DNA of 64,000 nucleotides, from NCBI GenBank assembly GCA_963771465.1, contig CAVYTU010000013.1, forward strand, positions 128,001-192,000, written 5' to 3'. The notes under the pieces are model-generated. The model did not search any database and was not told the origin of the DNA. It saw only the letters and a program-made list of their open reading frames with translations. The DNA is from an uncultured delta proteobacterium (lineage in GTDB: Bacteria; Desulfobacterota; Binatia; UBA9968). The position numbers and the translations under genes are program-made. The first letter of the stretch is position 1; each line of letters begins with the position of its first letter. Of this stretch, positions 38,745 through 48,861 are shown piece by piece.

Positions 38745-40347
38745 TCACCCAGTGCTGGCGCGCCAGCCGCGCAATAACCGGCTTAGACTCGTCAGGCTTT
38801 TGGTTAGAAAAGAGTCTTTAGCGCGATCGCTGGGTTTATCCTTCGCCTCACGAGCGATCTCCGAGTCGAAAGGCAAGCCTTTAGGAAAAATCGTCGTTAA
38901 CCAGCGATATTCTTCCGAAGCACTGCGTATCGGGTGATGGCGTAAACGGGTCTTGCCGCTGTCGGCTAAACCATTCAAATAATCCACCAAACCTTCGGCG
39001 GCGCCGAGTCGATCGAAAGCTTCCGAGCCGAGCCCGGTATGCTCGGCCAGCAAGTTTGCCCGCGCAGCGCGAATCGAGCGGCTAAGCGCGCTGCCCGGCA
39101 CGTCGTCCCAGGCAACATTGAGTTCGGTGTCATAGCCCATGCTGCGGTTGTTCATGTTCGCCGAGCCGATGCTGAGAAAGCGGTCGTCGACCGAGAGCAG
39201 TTTCGAATGAATATAGGTCGGCACCTCGGTGCCGTCGGCTGCCATCGAGGCCGGATAATAAATGCCGAAGGAGTGGCCGGTTTCCGCGGCGACTTGTCTT
39301 AAGCGGCTAATGATCTGGCTCTGCACGATACTAATCGAGAGTTGCTCCAACAATCCGTCGGCATCTTTGGCGATGACCATAACGATTTGCAGGCGCCGGC
39401 GCCGATGCTGACGCATACGCTCGACCAGGGCATCCGATAGCGCTTCGGAACTGCAATATTGGTTTTCAATATAAATCAGCCGTTCGGCGGCATCGATGGC
39501 ATCGATAAACAGCTGGCGGATTTCGAGAATCGGTTTAGCGCTGCTGCGGCTCCGGCAAACCTCGGTGCGGCTGATTGCCACCTGTTGGGCGGCCAGTGGA
39601 AGGCTCGCGTCGAAAAGGCGGCCGGCTCGGTTCGCGCTTTGCCGGAGGCAGCTCAAGCCGATCACCACAGACGGTTTGCCAACGTTGTTTGAAGAGCTCC
39701 GCCAGCTGCTGAACGACGGGTCCGACGTGATACGACTGCAAGTCGTGGAAGGTCCGATAGGCAGAGCCATTACTATTGACTCGGAGTGGATTGTCCGGCC
39801 GATGATCGCGTTCATCCCAGCGGCTGTCGCAAAGATCGATGCCGCCAACAAAACCGAGAGTGCCATCGATGACAACGAATTTTTGATGATGCGAGGCATC
39901 GAACGATTCGCCGCTGTCGTAGCAGAACTTGAGACGTTCGTTGGTATTCTGATTGAAATACCAGTCTTGAAACCATTCGCGGTCGAGGCTGTAGATCATG
40001 CTGTAGTCCCAGGCGAGCATGTAAATGCATAGGGCGGGCTTGCGCTCGCAAAGCTCGTTGAGAAAATCTATGAGATGAACGTTACCTTGCGCCTGCTCGG
40101 CCTCGGCGCCGCGCAAGAGCGCGGTGCCGCTATCGAACTGCCAGCCGGAAATAAGAATGTAACGCTCGGCGGCTTGGGCGGCCTGATAGAAGGCTCGGTA
40201 ATAGTCGCATCCATCGACGAGCAAACCTGTCTGGCTCACCGAGCCGAGCCGCCAGCAATTGCGCCCTGGCGCCAACAGTGAATGGCTAGCCGGCGAGCGC
40301 AGCATCCGGCGCAGTCGCCTGGACGCTCTCGTACGCCCCTTCAACAT
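38745..40347 (-). pseudogene. Phospholipase D/cardiolipin synthase family gene, frameshifted near 39620
   Basis: First HKD (HHQKFVVID) in ORF 39535-40347 and second (HSKLLSVD) in ORF 38745-39899, in different frames. Confidence 0.85.
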
Positions 40348-40361
40348 ATTAGAAAATATTG

Positions 40362-40377
40362 AGCAAACGCTGCGCCA
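40362..40377 (-). promoter_or_regulatory. sigma54 promoter
   Basis: TGGCGCAGCGTTTGCT. Confidence 0.8.
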
Positions 40378-40408
40378 GGTTAAACAAGATTATCTTTTCG
40401 CTGGGTTT

Positions 40409-40457
40409 TGTCTTAGATACGCGACAAATTTTCTCTAGTTGTTGCGACATTGAGACG
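40409..40457. promoter_or_regulatory. Tandem 18-bp palindromic activator sites
   Basis: TGTCTTAGATACGCGACA (40409) and TGTTGCGACATTGAGACG (40440), 31 bp apart. Confidence 0.72.
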
Positions 40458-40563
40458 TTGCGTGGGACGCGTTTTCGTTGTGGAGGCATAAACAGCGAAA
40501 AGTGCAGCACTTACTTGCGACGCTCGTCCCATAATGCCCAGATCGACTTACTCGGGCCACAAG

Positions 40564-40579
40564 TGGCATATGACTTGCT
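40564..40579 (+). promoter_or_regulatory. sigma54 promoter
   Basis: TGGCATATGACTTGCT. Confidence 0.88.
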
Positions 40580-40612
40580 GTTTAGAAGAGTTGTGAAGCA
40601 AGCGAGCACATC

Positions 40613-40885
40613 ATGGCAACAGAAGAAACAGCCGGACAGCAGATTGGAATGACAGCGATGTTGGCACTCTTGGCGTCCATCGCTGGCGTGATAGCGGTTT
40701 TTGTCGGTCAACCCGGGTGGGGATTGATGTTCGCAATATGCGCCGCGCTGCTCGGTGCCATCGGTTTTTTCATGTCGGCCTCACCGCGGGTGAGTGGCGG
40801 GATGATCAGCATCGTCGCCATCGTGATTGGAGTCTTCGGTATCGGTTTATCGGTGCTTGGCGTGATTGGCAGCGCGATTTTTTAG
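40613..40885 (+). CDS. Small 3-TM membrane protein
   Basis: Three hydrophobic helices; SPRVSGG loop. Confidence 0.7.
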   Translation: MATEETAGQQIGMTAMLALLASIAGVIAVFVGQPGWGLMFAICAALLGAIGFFMSASPRVSGGMISIVAIVIGVFGIGLSVLGVIGSAIF

Positions 40886-40908
40886 AATATTCGGAAAGGA
40901 GGAGTGTT

Positions 40909-40983
40909 ATGAATTCGATTATTTATATCGTCGGTCTAGTCGTAGTGGTGTTGTTCGTTTTGGGTTTCTTAGGACTGCGCTAA
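40909..40983 (+). CDS. 24-aa single-TM small protein MNSIIYIVGLVVVVLFVLGFLGLR
   Basis: Strong AAGGAGGAG RBS; one hydrophobic helix. Confidence 0.8.
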   Translation: MNSIIYIVGLVVVVLFVLGFLGLR

Positions 40984-41168
40984 AAATTTTTGAATGTCAG
41001 TCGTAATCCCCTTTAGTGAGCGCAGCGACGGTACTCGTTGTCGGCTGGCAGCGCCTTCGAATATGCTAGCCGTCGACGGGTGCTAGCTAACTACGAACGA
41101 AAGTGAAAGGGATAGTCTTGCCTCGCCGTAAGAACATAGCTGAGAAAGGAAAACTGCTTAGCACACAA

Positions 41169-41200
41169 CTATGCGAGGGAAGACTCCTCCCCTCGCATAG
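41169..41200. terminator. Hairpin between convergent genes
   Basis: CTATGCGAGGG...CCCTCGCATAG. Confidence 0.6.
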
Positions 41201-41236
41201 CTAGATTGCCGAACGCAACACCCAATACTCGTTAAC

Positions 41237-41932
41237 TTAGTCGCTGCTGGTACCACTCTTGCTCGAACCGCTCTTGCTGGAACCGCCCTTGCTTGAACCG
41301 CTCTCGCTTGGAACGCCCTCGCCGGGAATGCCCTCGCTCTTACTGGAATCACTCTTGGTGGAACTACTCTTGGTGGAACTACTTTTATTGGTATCGTTCG
41401 TGGTGGAACCGCTTTTGGTAGGACTGCTGGATGCGCCGGTTCCAGCCCCGTCGCGGCTAGTAGGGTCGCTTGCTGTTCCGCTGCCTGACGAACCCGCACC
41501 GGAGCTGCTACGGCTGGAACTGCCGGGAGTGGAACTGCTACCGGAGGAGAGCGTTACGCCCAATGCGCTCGCCGTGCTGCTGTCGAGCTGTCCGCTAGTC
41601 TGAATATTCTGCGCGCGTTGGAAAGCCCGCAATGCTTGCTGTGTCCGAGGGCCGATGACTCCATCGACCGGTCCAGGATTATGTCCCTTTCCTTTTAAAG
41701 CTTCCTGAACACTTCGCACATCTTCCTGCGACCATTGACCGTTCATCGAAGACCTTCCCATTGAATCGGTGCTGCTCCGCGCCGAAGAAGCATCCGATGG
41801 CCGTGGCCGTTGTTGGTTTTGTTCAGTCGACGGTCCTGAGGTTCCCGGTGAACTTTGAGACCATCCTACCACTGGGCTCAGTGTCAAAGCGCTAAAAACC
41901 ATCCCCGAAATAATCACGCTATTTTTTCTCAT
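41237..41932 (-). CDS. Secreted peptidoglycan-binding domain protein with a Ser/Gly/Lys-rich tail
   Basis: Signal peptide; VQEALKGKGHNPGPVDGVIGPRTQQALRAFQ (PG_binding_1); low-complexity C-terminus. Confidence 0.88.
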   Translation of the reverse strand: MRKNSVIISGMVFSALTLSPVVGWSQSSPGTSGPSTEQNQQRPRPSDASSARSSTDSMGRSSMNGQWSQEDVRSVQEALKGKGHNPGPVDGVIGPRTQQALRAFQRAQNIQTSGQLDSSTASALGVTLSSGSSSTPGSSSRSSSGAGSSGSGTASDPTSRDGAGTGASSSPTKSGSTTNDTNKSSSTKSSSTKSDSSKSEGIPGEGVPSESGSSKGGSSKSGSSKSGTSSD

Positions 41933-41986
41933 GCAAATTTCCCCTTTCAAATTTTGTTTATTAGGCGTTGCGCTTCTCACCAATAC

Positions 41987-42002
41987 CGCAAGGAGCATGC
42001 CA
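41987..42002 (-). promoter_or_regulatory. sigma54 promoter
   Basis: TGGCATGCTCCTTGCG. Confidence 0.85.
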
Positions 42003-42114
42003 CCAACGAGCGCATATGGAGGATGAACGTTTAAAAATTGCTCTGCTTACGCGCGCATGTCTAGCCAGTGAAATCATCGGCGCTTGTACGAGGTCGAATA
42101 TTTTTTCTCTCAAG

Positions 42115-42164
42115 CGTCTTAGTATTGCGAAGCCCCATGCGGGGTTTGTCCCAATTAAAAGACG
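42115..42164. promoter_or_regulatory. Tandem 18-bp palindromic activator sites
   Basis: CGTCTTAGTATTGCGAAG (42115) and TGTCCCAATTAAAAGACG (42147), 32 bp apart. Confidence 0.65.
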
Positions 42165-42205
42165 TTGTACCACTCGGACACGGGGTGTGCGGTGGATAGT
42201 AGTTG

Positions 42206-42221
42206 TGGCATTACGCTTGCT
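42206..42221 (+). promoter_or_regulatory. sigma54 promoter
   Basis: TGGCATTACGCTTGCT. Confidence 0.88.
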
Positions 42222-42294
42222 CAGAAAATGTACACGCGGGATTTATGCACATCTTCGACGGTCGTTCAGTTGCGAATCAGGAGGATTTGTTTAA

Positions 42295-43371
42295 ATGAGA
42301 ATTGCTCAGGTCTCACCGCTCTACGAGAGTGTGCCGCCTAAATTTTACGGCGGTACCGAACGGGTGGTGTCCTATTTAACTGAAGAATTGATTGAGCAAG
42401 GACACGACGTGACGCTGTTTGCCAGCGGTGATTCGATTACCAAAGCGCGCTTAGTTGCGCCCTGCCCGCGGGCGCTGCGTCTCGAGCCCAACACTGAGGA
42501 GCCGTTAGCGTATCATTATATACAGCTCGATCAGGTTTTCGCTGAAGCTGAATACTTCGATATCATTCATTTCCATATCGCCTATCATCATTTTCCACTA
42601 TTTCGCTGCCAGGCGACGCCTCATCTCACCACGGTTCACGGCCGATTGGATATTGCCGATTTGGTACCGCTCTACAAAAGGTATAGAGAAGTACCTCTTA
42701 TATCGATTTCCAACGACCAGAGGCGCCCTTTGCCCTGGGCGAATTGGCAAAGCACGGTCTACCATGGCCTCCCTTTGGATCTGCATCGTTATAACCACCC
42801 GGCGAAGGGGAATTATCTGGCTTTTTTGGGGCGCATATCGCCCGAGAAGCGTTTGGACCGTGCCATCGAGATCGCCACACGCGCGGGTATGAAGCTGAAA
42901 ATAGCGGCTAAAATCGATGCTGTTGATCGCGAGTATTTTCATCAGATCATTGAACCTTTACTCGCTAACCCACTGGTGGAATGCATCGGTGAGATTGCTG
43001 ATCGGGATAAGCAAGATTTTCTTGGCAATGCCTATGCGCTGCTATTTCCGATCGATTGGCCGGAGCCGTTCGGCTTGGTCATTATCGAGGCATTGGCCTG
43101 CGGCACACCCGTCATCGGATTCCGGCGCGGGTCCGTGCCCGAGTTGATTGAAGACGGTGTCACCGGCTTTATCGTCGATGATGTCGATCAAGCCGTCGCC
43201 GCGCTGCCGAATGTTAAAAATCTGGATCGCAGGCGCTGCCGTCAAGTTTTTGAAGAGCGATTTAGCGCGGGGCGTATGACTCGCGATTATCTGCAGATTT
43301 ATTCGCGCATGATCGATGACCCGCCGCAGGTGCGAGGAGGAATCGAATCCGTCGCGATGGTGGGCGGATGA
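42295..43371 (+). CDS. Glycosyltransferase family 4
   Basis: VPPKFYGGTERVV, LGRISPEK and WPEPFGLV.IEA motifs. Confidence 0.94.
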   Translation: MRIAQVSPLYESVPPKFYGGTERVVSYLTEELIEQGHDVTLFASGDSITKARLVAPCPRALRLEPNTEEPLAYHYIQLDQVFAEAEYFDIIHFHIAYHHFPLFRCQATPHLTTVHGRLDIADLVPLYKRYREVPLISISNDQRRPLPWANWQSTVYHGLPLDLHRYNHPAKGNYLAFLGRISPEKRLDRAIEIATRAGMKLKIAAKIDAVDREYFHQIIEPLLANPLVECIGEIADRDKQDFLGNAYALLFPIDWPEPFGLVIIEALACGTPVIGFRRGSVPELIEDGVTGFIVDDVDQAVAALPNVKNLDRRRCRQVFEERFSAGRMTRDYLQIYSRMIDDPPQVRGGIESVAMVGG

Positions 43372-43433
43372 GTTTTTACAACTTGTGGTGCACTGCTAAA
43401 CCGGAAATTTGCACTGAGAAGCTGCGCGCAGCT

Positions 43434-45587
43434 TTAGCGCAGAACGATCGTGGCATCGCCGACACGCCGCTCGACGCCAATGCCACGGAAGGCACGGTCC
43501 ATCACTAGATCGACCGCGCCGCTGCCGACGCGTAAATTTTTGATGTGCACCTCCGTGACGAAATCAGGCAGTGAAGGAGCGGTGAAGCAGACGGTGGATT
43601 GGTTGGCCTGAATCGACAGACCGAGGCAGGTTTGCAAGAGTAAAAAAACCGCTCCCGCGGCCCAAGCTTGCGGCGAGCAAGCAACGGGGTAACGGGTTGG
43701 TCCTTCGCCCTCGCGCCGGGTGAAACCGCAAAATAGCTCTGGCAGGCGTTGGATTTCAAAATATAAACTGGCGTCGAACAAGCCTCCGACAATTCGGTTC
43801 ACACCCGCATCAAGGCCATAACGCGCCAGGCCTGCCGCAATGATCGCATTGTCGTGCGGCCATACTGAACCATTGTGATAGGACATGGGATTGTAGCGCA
43901 CCTCAGCCATATCGAGTGTGCGAATGCCCCAACCTGAAAACGAGCCTTCGCTTAACAGAGTCTTGGCAACGCGCCGAGCATATTCATCGGTGGCAATGCC
44001 GGCAAACAGGCAGTGGCCAGCATTGGAGGCTATGATTTCGCATGGCCGCTTGTCACGGTCCAGGGCGATTGCGTAGGTGGAAAGCTCGTCGCACCAAAAC
44101 GCGCGGTTAAATTGTTGCTTCAAGATTTGCGCCTGGGCGCAGAGGTCGCGCGCTGTATCGCCATGACCTAAGTCTGCAGCCATGGCTGCTGCGGCGAGTT
44201 TGGCCGCGTAGACATAACCCTGAACTTCGCAAAGGGCTAAGGGAAATTCCGGTATCGTTCCGTCACGGTGCGATACCGAATCCCATGAATCCTTCCAACC
44301 CTGCTGCACCAAACCAGCCGGCGAGTGGCGCATGGTTTCGACAAAGCCATCGCCGTCAGCGTCGCCATAGGTATCGATCCATTGGAGCGCCAACTTGATC
44401 TGCGGCCAGATGTTGCGAATCGTTTTCAGATCACCGGTGCGCTCATAATAGGCGCCAGCAAGCATGACAAAAAGCGGTGTTGCGTCGGTGCTTCCGTAGT
44501 AGCGATCAAAGGGAATTTCCTGCAGCGCGGCCATTTCCCCGAGACGGGTCTCGTGCAAAATCTTCCCCGGCTCGGCATCTTTTTCGGCGTTCAAGTGCGT
44601 CGCCTGGTGGGCAGCGAGGTAACCGAGCACGCCGCGTGCAACCCGCGGGTTCAACCACAAAACCTCGAGCGCCGTAATGATGCCGTCCCGGCCAAACGGG
44701 GTGCTGAACCACGGCACTCCGGCGTAGGGATAAATCCCATAGGGCGTCTCGCTAAACATCATGTGCAGGTCTGAAATCGAGCGCTCGAGCCAGCTATTGA
44801 ATTCATCGTTTGAAGTTCGAATCGTGCATTCCTCGGCGCGTATCGATGCCAGTGCGGTTTTCGCCTCAGCGCGGGCGGCTTGGCGCGCGCGCGGTACGGT
44901 CCGTTGGGAATTTGACTGGAACGAATAGGTGAGCGCGTAAAGCTCATCTTTCTTGGCATCTAAGACGGTCCTAAACAGCGCTTCGGAGGTCGTCAACTGC
45001 ACTGGTGCTGGAGCGAAATGGATCTCCGTGCGGCGCAAAACATCGTCGAGGCCGCGATACGAAAACGCCAGGTGGTCGGCCTCGATCACGGGCTCTAAAC
45101 GGGCACCCCTCTTTTCACGTTTGACGCCGCGGACCTCAAAGAGGTCGGCGAAATCGGCGTCGAACTGAAATGAGAAAGCGAATTCCAGCGGCGAAAGCCC
45201 ATAGTTGATGAATCGCAACCATTCGTAACAGGTCGCGCGCCAGATAAATTTCGCGCGAAAGATATGCAGGTCGCCGCGGCGCAATACGATTCGCTCTTTG
45301 GCATAGACGTCCGGATTGGTCAGATCGACGGTGAAAAGCAGATTATCTCGTTTTACCGTCGAGCTAAGTAAAAACGGATGCGCCGTGCCCAAGCGGAAAA
45401 CCAGATGTGAGAGATAACGTGTGCCCTCATGATAGATTCCTTGTTCGCCTAAGCCGGTTTGGCGAATATCCCCATAGAGATCGAAGACCGCGAAACTCTC
45501 GCCATGCTTTAGAATGCGCGATTCTTGGGTCGCGCTCGAAGGCGCCGCGATATAAAATGGGTCAGTCAAACGAATCACTTCAGCCAT
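43434..45587 (-). CDS. Amylo-alpha-1,6-glucosidase / glycogen debranching enzyme-like protein
   Basis: AGVPWFSTPFGRD, QGWKDS and YHNGSVWPHD motifs; AAGGAG RBS. Confidence 0.92.
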   Translation of the reverse strand: MAEVIRLTDPFYIAAPSSATQESRILKHGESFAVFDLYGDIRQTGLGEQGIYHEGTRYLSHLVFRLGTAHPFLLSSTVKRDNLLFTVDLTNPDVYAKERIVLRRGDLHIFRAKFIWRATCYEWLRFINYGLSPLEFAFSFQFDADFADLFEVRGVKREKRGARLEPVIEADHLAFSYRGLDDVLRRTEIHFAPAPVQLTTSEALFRTVLDAKKDELYALTYSFQSNSQRTVPRARQAARAEAKTALASIRAEECTIRTSNDEFNSWLERSISDLHMMFSETPYGIYPYAGVPWFSTPFGRDGIITALEVLWLNPRVARGVLGYLAAHQATHLNAEKDAEPGKILHETRLGEMAALQEIPFDRYYGSTDATPLFVMLAGAYYERTGDLKTIRNIWPQIKLALQWIDTYGDADGDGFVETMRHSPAGLVQQGWKDSWDSVSHRDGTIPEFPLALCEVQGYVYAAKLAAAAMAADLGHGDTARDLCAQAQILKQQFNRAFWCDELSTYAIALDRDKRPCEIIASNAGHCLFAGIATDEYARRVAKTLLSEGSFSGWGIRTLDMAEVRYNPMSYHNGSVWPHDNAIIAAGLARYGLDAGVNRIVGGLFDASLYFEIQRLPELFCGFTRREGEGPTRYPVACSPQAWAAGAVFLLLQTCLGLSIQANQSTVCFTAPSLPDFVTEVHIKNLRVGSGAVDLVMDRAFRGIGVERRVGDATIVLR

Positions 45588-45751
45588 TCCATTGCTCCTT
45601 TTGATGAGTTCGCGTGATTCAAAAATCGTTCCGGCGCAACCGTTGTCGGGGTTCACAGCACTTGAATCACATCATTCGACTGCTTGAGCATCGCTTCTCT
45701 TATAATACGGTCTCAAATTTGCTGTGTGAAGTTGAAGAGGAGTGTTTTTAG

Positions 45752-45964
45752 ATGCGTTACTTGGCTCTAGCCTGCGATTATGATGGCACCTTGGCGTCGG
45801 CAGGCAAGGTATCGAACGAAACTTGTCTGCCTGAGCTGCCGGACTTGCTTTCGGCGTTTCCGCGCTGCGCGTTGTTTGACGCTATGGTTGAAAGTGCGGC
45901 GCGGCGATTTTGCCGCGTTGGAGCTTTGGCAGCGCGAAAGTCGCCCAGCTTATCGATTCGATAG
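45752..45964 (+). pseudogene. Truncated HAD-IIB family hydrolase
   Basis: GAGGAG RBS; MRYLALACDYDGTLA (DxDGT); internal deletion, then degenerates. Confidence 0.7.
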
Positions 45965-45968
45965 AAAG

Positions 45969-47237
45969 ATGAAAGACGACGACCACGACTCCAACCGGCA
46001 AATTTCGCGTAGCAACGGCACGGACGCCATCGCCGCAGCACAGGCGGCGCGATTGCGTTATGTTGGCGATTGGCATCCCGGGTTGCGCCGCAGGCGAAGC
46101 AGGAAGACTTTCGTTTACGTTGGCGTCAATGGTAAACCCCTGCGCGATCGCGAGCAGGTGCGCCGGATAAAAGCCCTGGCGATTCCACCGGCGTGGAGCG
46201 AAGTGTGGATATGCCCCTGGGCCGACGGTCACCTGCAGGCAACCGGCCGCGATGCGCGCGGCCGTAAACAGTATCGCTACCATTCGCACTGGCGCGAGGT
46301 GCGCGACGAGAACAAATACCAGCGTATGATCGCCTTTGGGCAGGTCTTGCCGCGCATCCGCACGCAGGTAGAGAAAGATCTGGCACTTTCGGGACTGCCG
46401 CGCCCCAAGGTGCTCGCTACAGTGGTCAAGCTCCTTGAGATGACCCATATTCGAGTCGGCAACGAAGAGTATGCGCGCAGTAACCAGTCCTTCGGTTTAG
46501 CAACCTTGCGCAACCGCCACGTTAAGATTACGGGAGGCAAATTGCGCTTTGAATTTCGCGGCAAGAGCCGGGTCGAACACGCTATCGATTTACAAGACCC
46601 GCGCCTGACGCGCATAGTCAAGCGCTGCCAAGATCTTCCCGGTTACGACTTGTTCCAATATATCGATGATGACGGTGTGCGTTGTGCCATCGAAGCAAGC
46701 GACGTGAACGATTATTTGCGCGAAATTGCCGGCGCCGAGTTTAGCACCAAAGATTTTCGCACTTGGGCTGGTACCGTGCTCGCCGCGCGAGCTCTGCGCC
46801 AGTTCAAGATTACGGGATCACAAGCCAAGACCAAACGGGATATCAACAAAGCGATCCACGCCGTAGCGCAATTGTTGGGTAACACCACGGCCGTGTGCCG
46901 CAAATGTTACATCCATCCCGCCGTACTCGATGCCTATACCTCAGGAACCTTAGGCAGTCCTGTGCTCGGCAGGCGTGCGCAGAATGGCGGAAACCGGGGC
47001 TTGGCAGCGGAGGAAAGCGCGCTCTTGGCGCTGTTGCAGCGCATGGCGCGGAGATCTGCCAGGCGAGAAAAAGTTTCACTCAAGCCGAGCCGGCGCGCCG
47101 GCGGAAAAAAATTGCGCGGCGCGCGCGTGTCTTTCACCCACGTAACGGTGACACCCGCAAAAAAGGAAAATGGGAAGAACCAGAGTTTGAGCCGTGATCG
47201 AAGGACGAAGTCGGCGCTTGCTGTCGGTTTAAAATGA
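45969..47237 (+). CDS. Bacterial DNA topoisomerase IB
   Basis: LAIPPAW, GRDARGRKQYRYH, RVGNEEY, KDFRTW and LGNTTAVCRKCY motifs; basic tail. Confidence 0.93.
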   Translation: MKDDDHDSNRQISRSNGTDAIAAAQAARLRYVGDWHPGLRRRRSRKTFVYVGVNGKPLRDREQVRRIKALAIPPAWSEVWICPWADGHLQATGRDARGRKQYRYHSHWREVRDENKYQRMIAFGQVLPRIRTQVEKDLALSGLPRPKVLATVVKLLEMTHIRVGNEEYARSNQSFGLATLRNRHVKITGGKLRFEFRGKSRVEHAIDLQDPRLTRIVKRCQDLPGYDLFQYIDDDGVRCAIEASDVNDYLREIAGAEFSTKDFRTWAGTVLAARALRQFKITGSQAKTKRDINKAIHAVAQLLGNTTAVCRKCYIHPAVLDAYTSGTLGSPVLGRRAQNGGNRGLAAEESALLALLQRMARRSARREKVSLKPSRRAGGKKLRGARVSFTHVTVTPAKKENGKNQSLSRDRRTKSALAVGLK

Positions 47238-47393
47238 TTACAACGCGCTTCGCCAAAGACGCTGAAGAGCACGAAAAAAACTGTAGCGTCCAAAGCGCCG
47301 TAGAAACTAGTTAATCAGTGCTATTTTTCCTCTGTGTAGCATCATGCGCGCTATTTAACCGCGGGTGAGAATGGCCGGAACGCGCCAGCTACT

Positions 47394-47441
47394 CGTGCCA
47401 AAAACGAGACGAATTCCAAGCGAAGTCCTGGTTTTCGGACG
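47394..47441. promoter_or_regulatory. Tandem 18-bp palindromic activator sites
   Basis: CGTGCCAAAAACGAGACG (47394) and AGTCCTGGTTTTCGGACG (47424), 30 bp apart. Confidence 0.6.
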
Positions 47442-47492
47442 GCGCTCAGCCAAACCAGTGAAAATTTGTATTGAAATAGAGCAGCGAGCCTC

Positions 47493-47508
47493 TGGCACGT
47501 TAGTTGCG
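47493..47508 (+). promoter_or_regulatory. sigma54 promoter
   Basis: TGGCACGTTAGTTGCG. Confidence 0.9.
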
Positions 47509-47544
47509 CTAAGTAGTTTTAGTTTTAAAATTTAAGGAGGCCTT

Positions 47545-47949
47545 GTGAAACGTATTACATTTACAATTATACCGATGTGTTTGTTAACCACACTCATTGT
47601 CGTCGGTTGTTCGAAGGATCGAGCTAGCAATGAAAAAGTATCTCAAACTAGCGCAGCACCGGACAACTCCGCTGTCAATGTCCGAGATCGCAACGATCAA
47701 ACAAAGACCGCAGGAGATCAGGCCGAAAACGAAGCCGATCGAACGATTAGTCAGAACATAAGAAAGGAGCTTAGTGCGGACGATTCACTTTCAACCAACG
47801 GTAAGAACGTTAAAATTATTACCGCGGACGGTAAGGTGACCTTACGTGGTCCGGTGAAGAGTGACGCGGAAAAATCTGCCATCGCCGGCAAAGCGCAGCA
47901 GGTAGCAGGTGTTAAAAACGTCGATAACCAATTAGAAATCGCCAATTAA
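47545..47949 (+). CDS. BON-domain lipoprotein
   Basis: Lipobox VVGC; DNSAVNVRDR; NVKIITADGKVTLRGPV; TAAGGAGG RBS. Confidence 0.92.
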   Translation: MKRITFTIIPMCLLTTLIVVGCSKDRASNEKVSQTSAAPDNSAVNVRDRNDQTKTAGDQAENEADRTISQNIRKELSADDSLSTNGKNVKIITADGKVTLRGPVKSDAEKSAIAGKAQQVAGVKNVDNQLEIAN

Positions 47950-47972
47950 AAAAACTTATTTTAGGAGGTTTT

Positions 47973-48536
47973 ATGTCCAAATCTGTATTCTGTTTAGTCG
48001 ATAGCGAAGTCCAGGCGGAAGCCATCGTCGACAATCTCAAAGCCGCCAATTTTTCCAACAACGAAATTTCGGTCTTATTTCCGGATAAATCCGGCACCAG
48101 AGACTTTGCTCACGAACAACACACTAAGGCCCCCGAGGGAGCCGCCACAGGCGCAGGAACCGGTGGGGTAGTGGGTGGAGTTTTGGGCTGGCTCGTTGGG
48201 ATCGGTTCGCTAGCGATACCGGGTGTTGGCCCTTTTATCGCTGCGGGACCGATCATGGCGGCGCTCGCCGGCGCAGGCGCTGGTGCGGCGGTCGGCGGAC
48301 TGACTGGAGCCCTGATCGGCATGGGCATTCCGGAGTACGAGGCCAAGCAGTATGAGGGAAAAATAAAGGGTGGCAATATTCTTATTTCGGTCCATTCGGA
48401 GAACAGCGATGAAAGAACGCGCGCGAAGGATATTTTCGAGCGCGCCGGGGCGCACGACATTTCCTCCACGGAAGAAGAGAGTGTTCCCGACGAAAGTAAG
48501 GTCCATCCCAGAGCGGGATATCCGTCGCGCCCATGA
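47973..48536 (+). CDS. General stress membrane protein (YflT/DUF3341-like, glycine zipper)
   Basis: TKAPEGAATGAGTGG...AIPGVGPFIAAGP...GIPEYEAKQYE. Confidence 0.85.
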   Translation: MSKSVFCLVDSEVQAEAIVDNLKAANFSNNEISVLFPDKSGTRDFAHEQHTKAPEGAATGAGTGGVVGGVLGWLVGIGSLAIPGVGPFIAAGPIMAALAGAGAGAAVGGLTGALIGMGIPEYEAKQYEGKIKGGNILISVHSENSDERTRAKDIFERAGAHDISSTEEESVPDESKVHPRAGYPSRP

Positions 48537-48557
48537 AGCGTTTCGGGAGAACCCACC

Positions 48558-48668
48558 ATGAGACTGTTGAAAGACCAACAAGGAAAAGTGGGATGGGTAC
48601 TTCTTTGGGCCTTAGGCGTGCCCATTCCCGTTTTAGTCATTTTGTTCTTGATGCGTGGCTGTACCTGA
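48558..48668 (+). CDS. 36-aa small membrane protein MRLLKDQQGKVGWVLLWALGVPIPVLVILFLMRGCT
   Basis: GGGAGA RBS; LLW.LG.PIP helix; followed by a terminator. Confidence 0.75.
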   Translation: MRLLKDQQGKVGWVLLWALGVPIPVLVILFLMRGCT

Positions 48669-48757
48669 TCGATTAATTATCGCCAATTGAAGCTGTCAAC
48701 GTGGGCAGTAGTGCATTCTGGAATTATCACAGCGATCGCCGGTTAGCCGGCTTGCAA

Positions 48758-48806
48758 GACGCGGGAGGCGCGCTACGTCGTGCCTCCCGCGTCGCCTTTT
48801 GTTTTT
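48758..48806 (+). terminator. Rho-independent terminator
   Basis: GACGCGGGAGGCGCG...CGTGCCTCCCGCGTC followed by a T-rich tract. Confidence 0.75.
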
Positions 48807-48861
48807 CCAGTACGATTATTGCGTTCTCCTCTCGCCTAATTTTCGTTGATCCAGTCATCGT

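Noticed and set aside
41158-41603. Repetitive alternative-frame ORFs
   Set aside because: Products of the 15-nt repeats in the peptidoglycan-binding gene.
45618-45633. CGGAACGATTTTTGAA upstream of the debranching enzyme
   Set aside because: The -12 element is GA rather than GC; a plausible variant but not counted.
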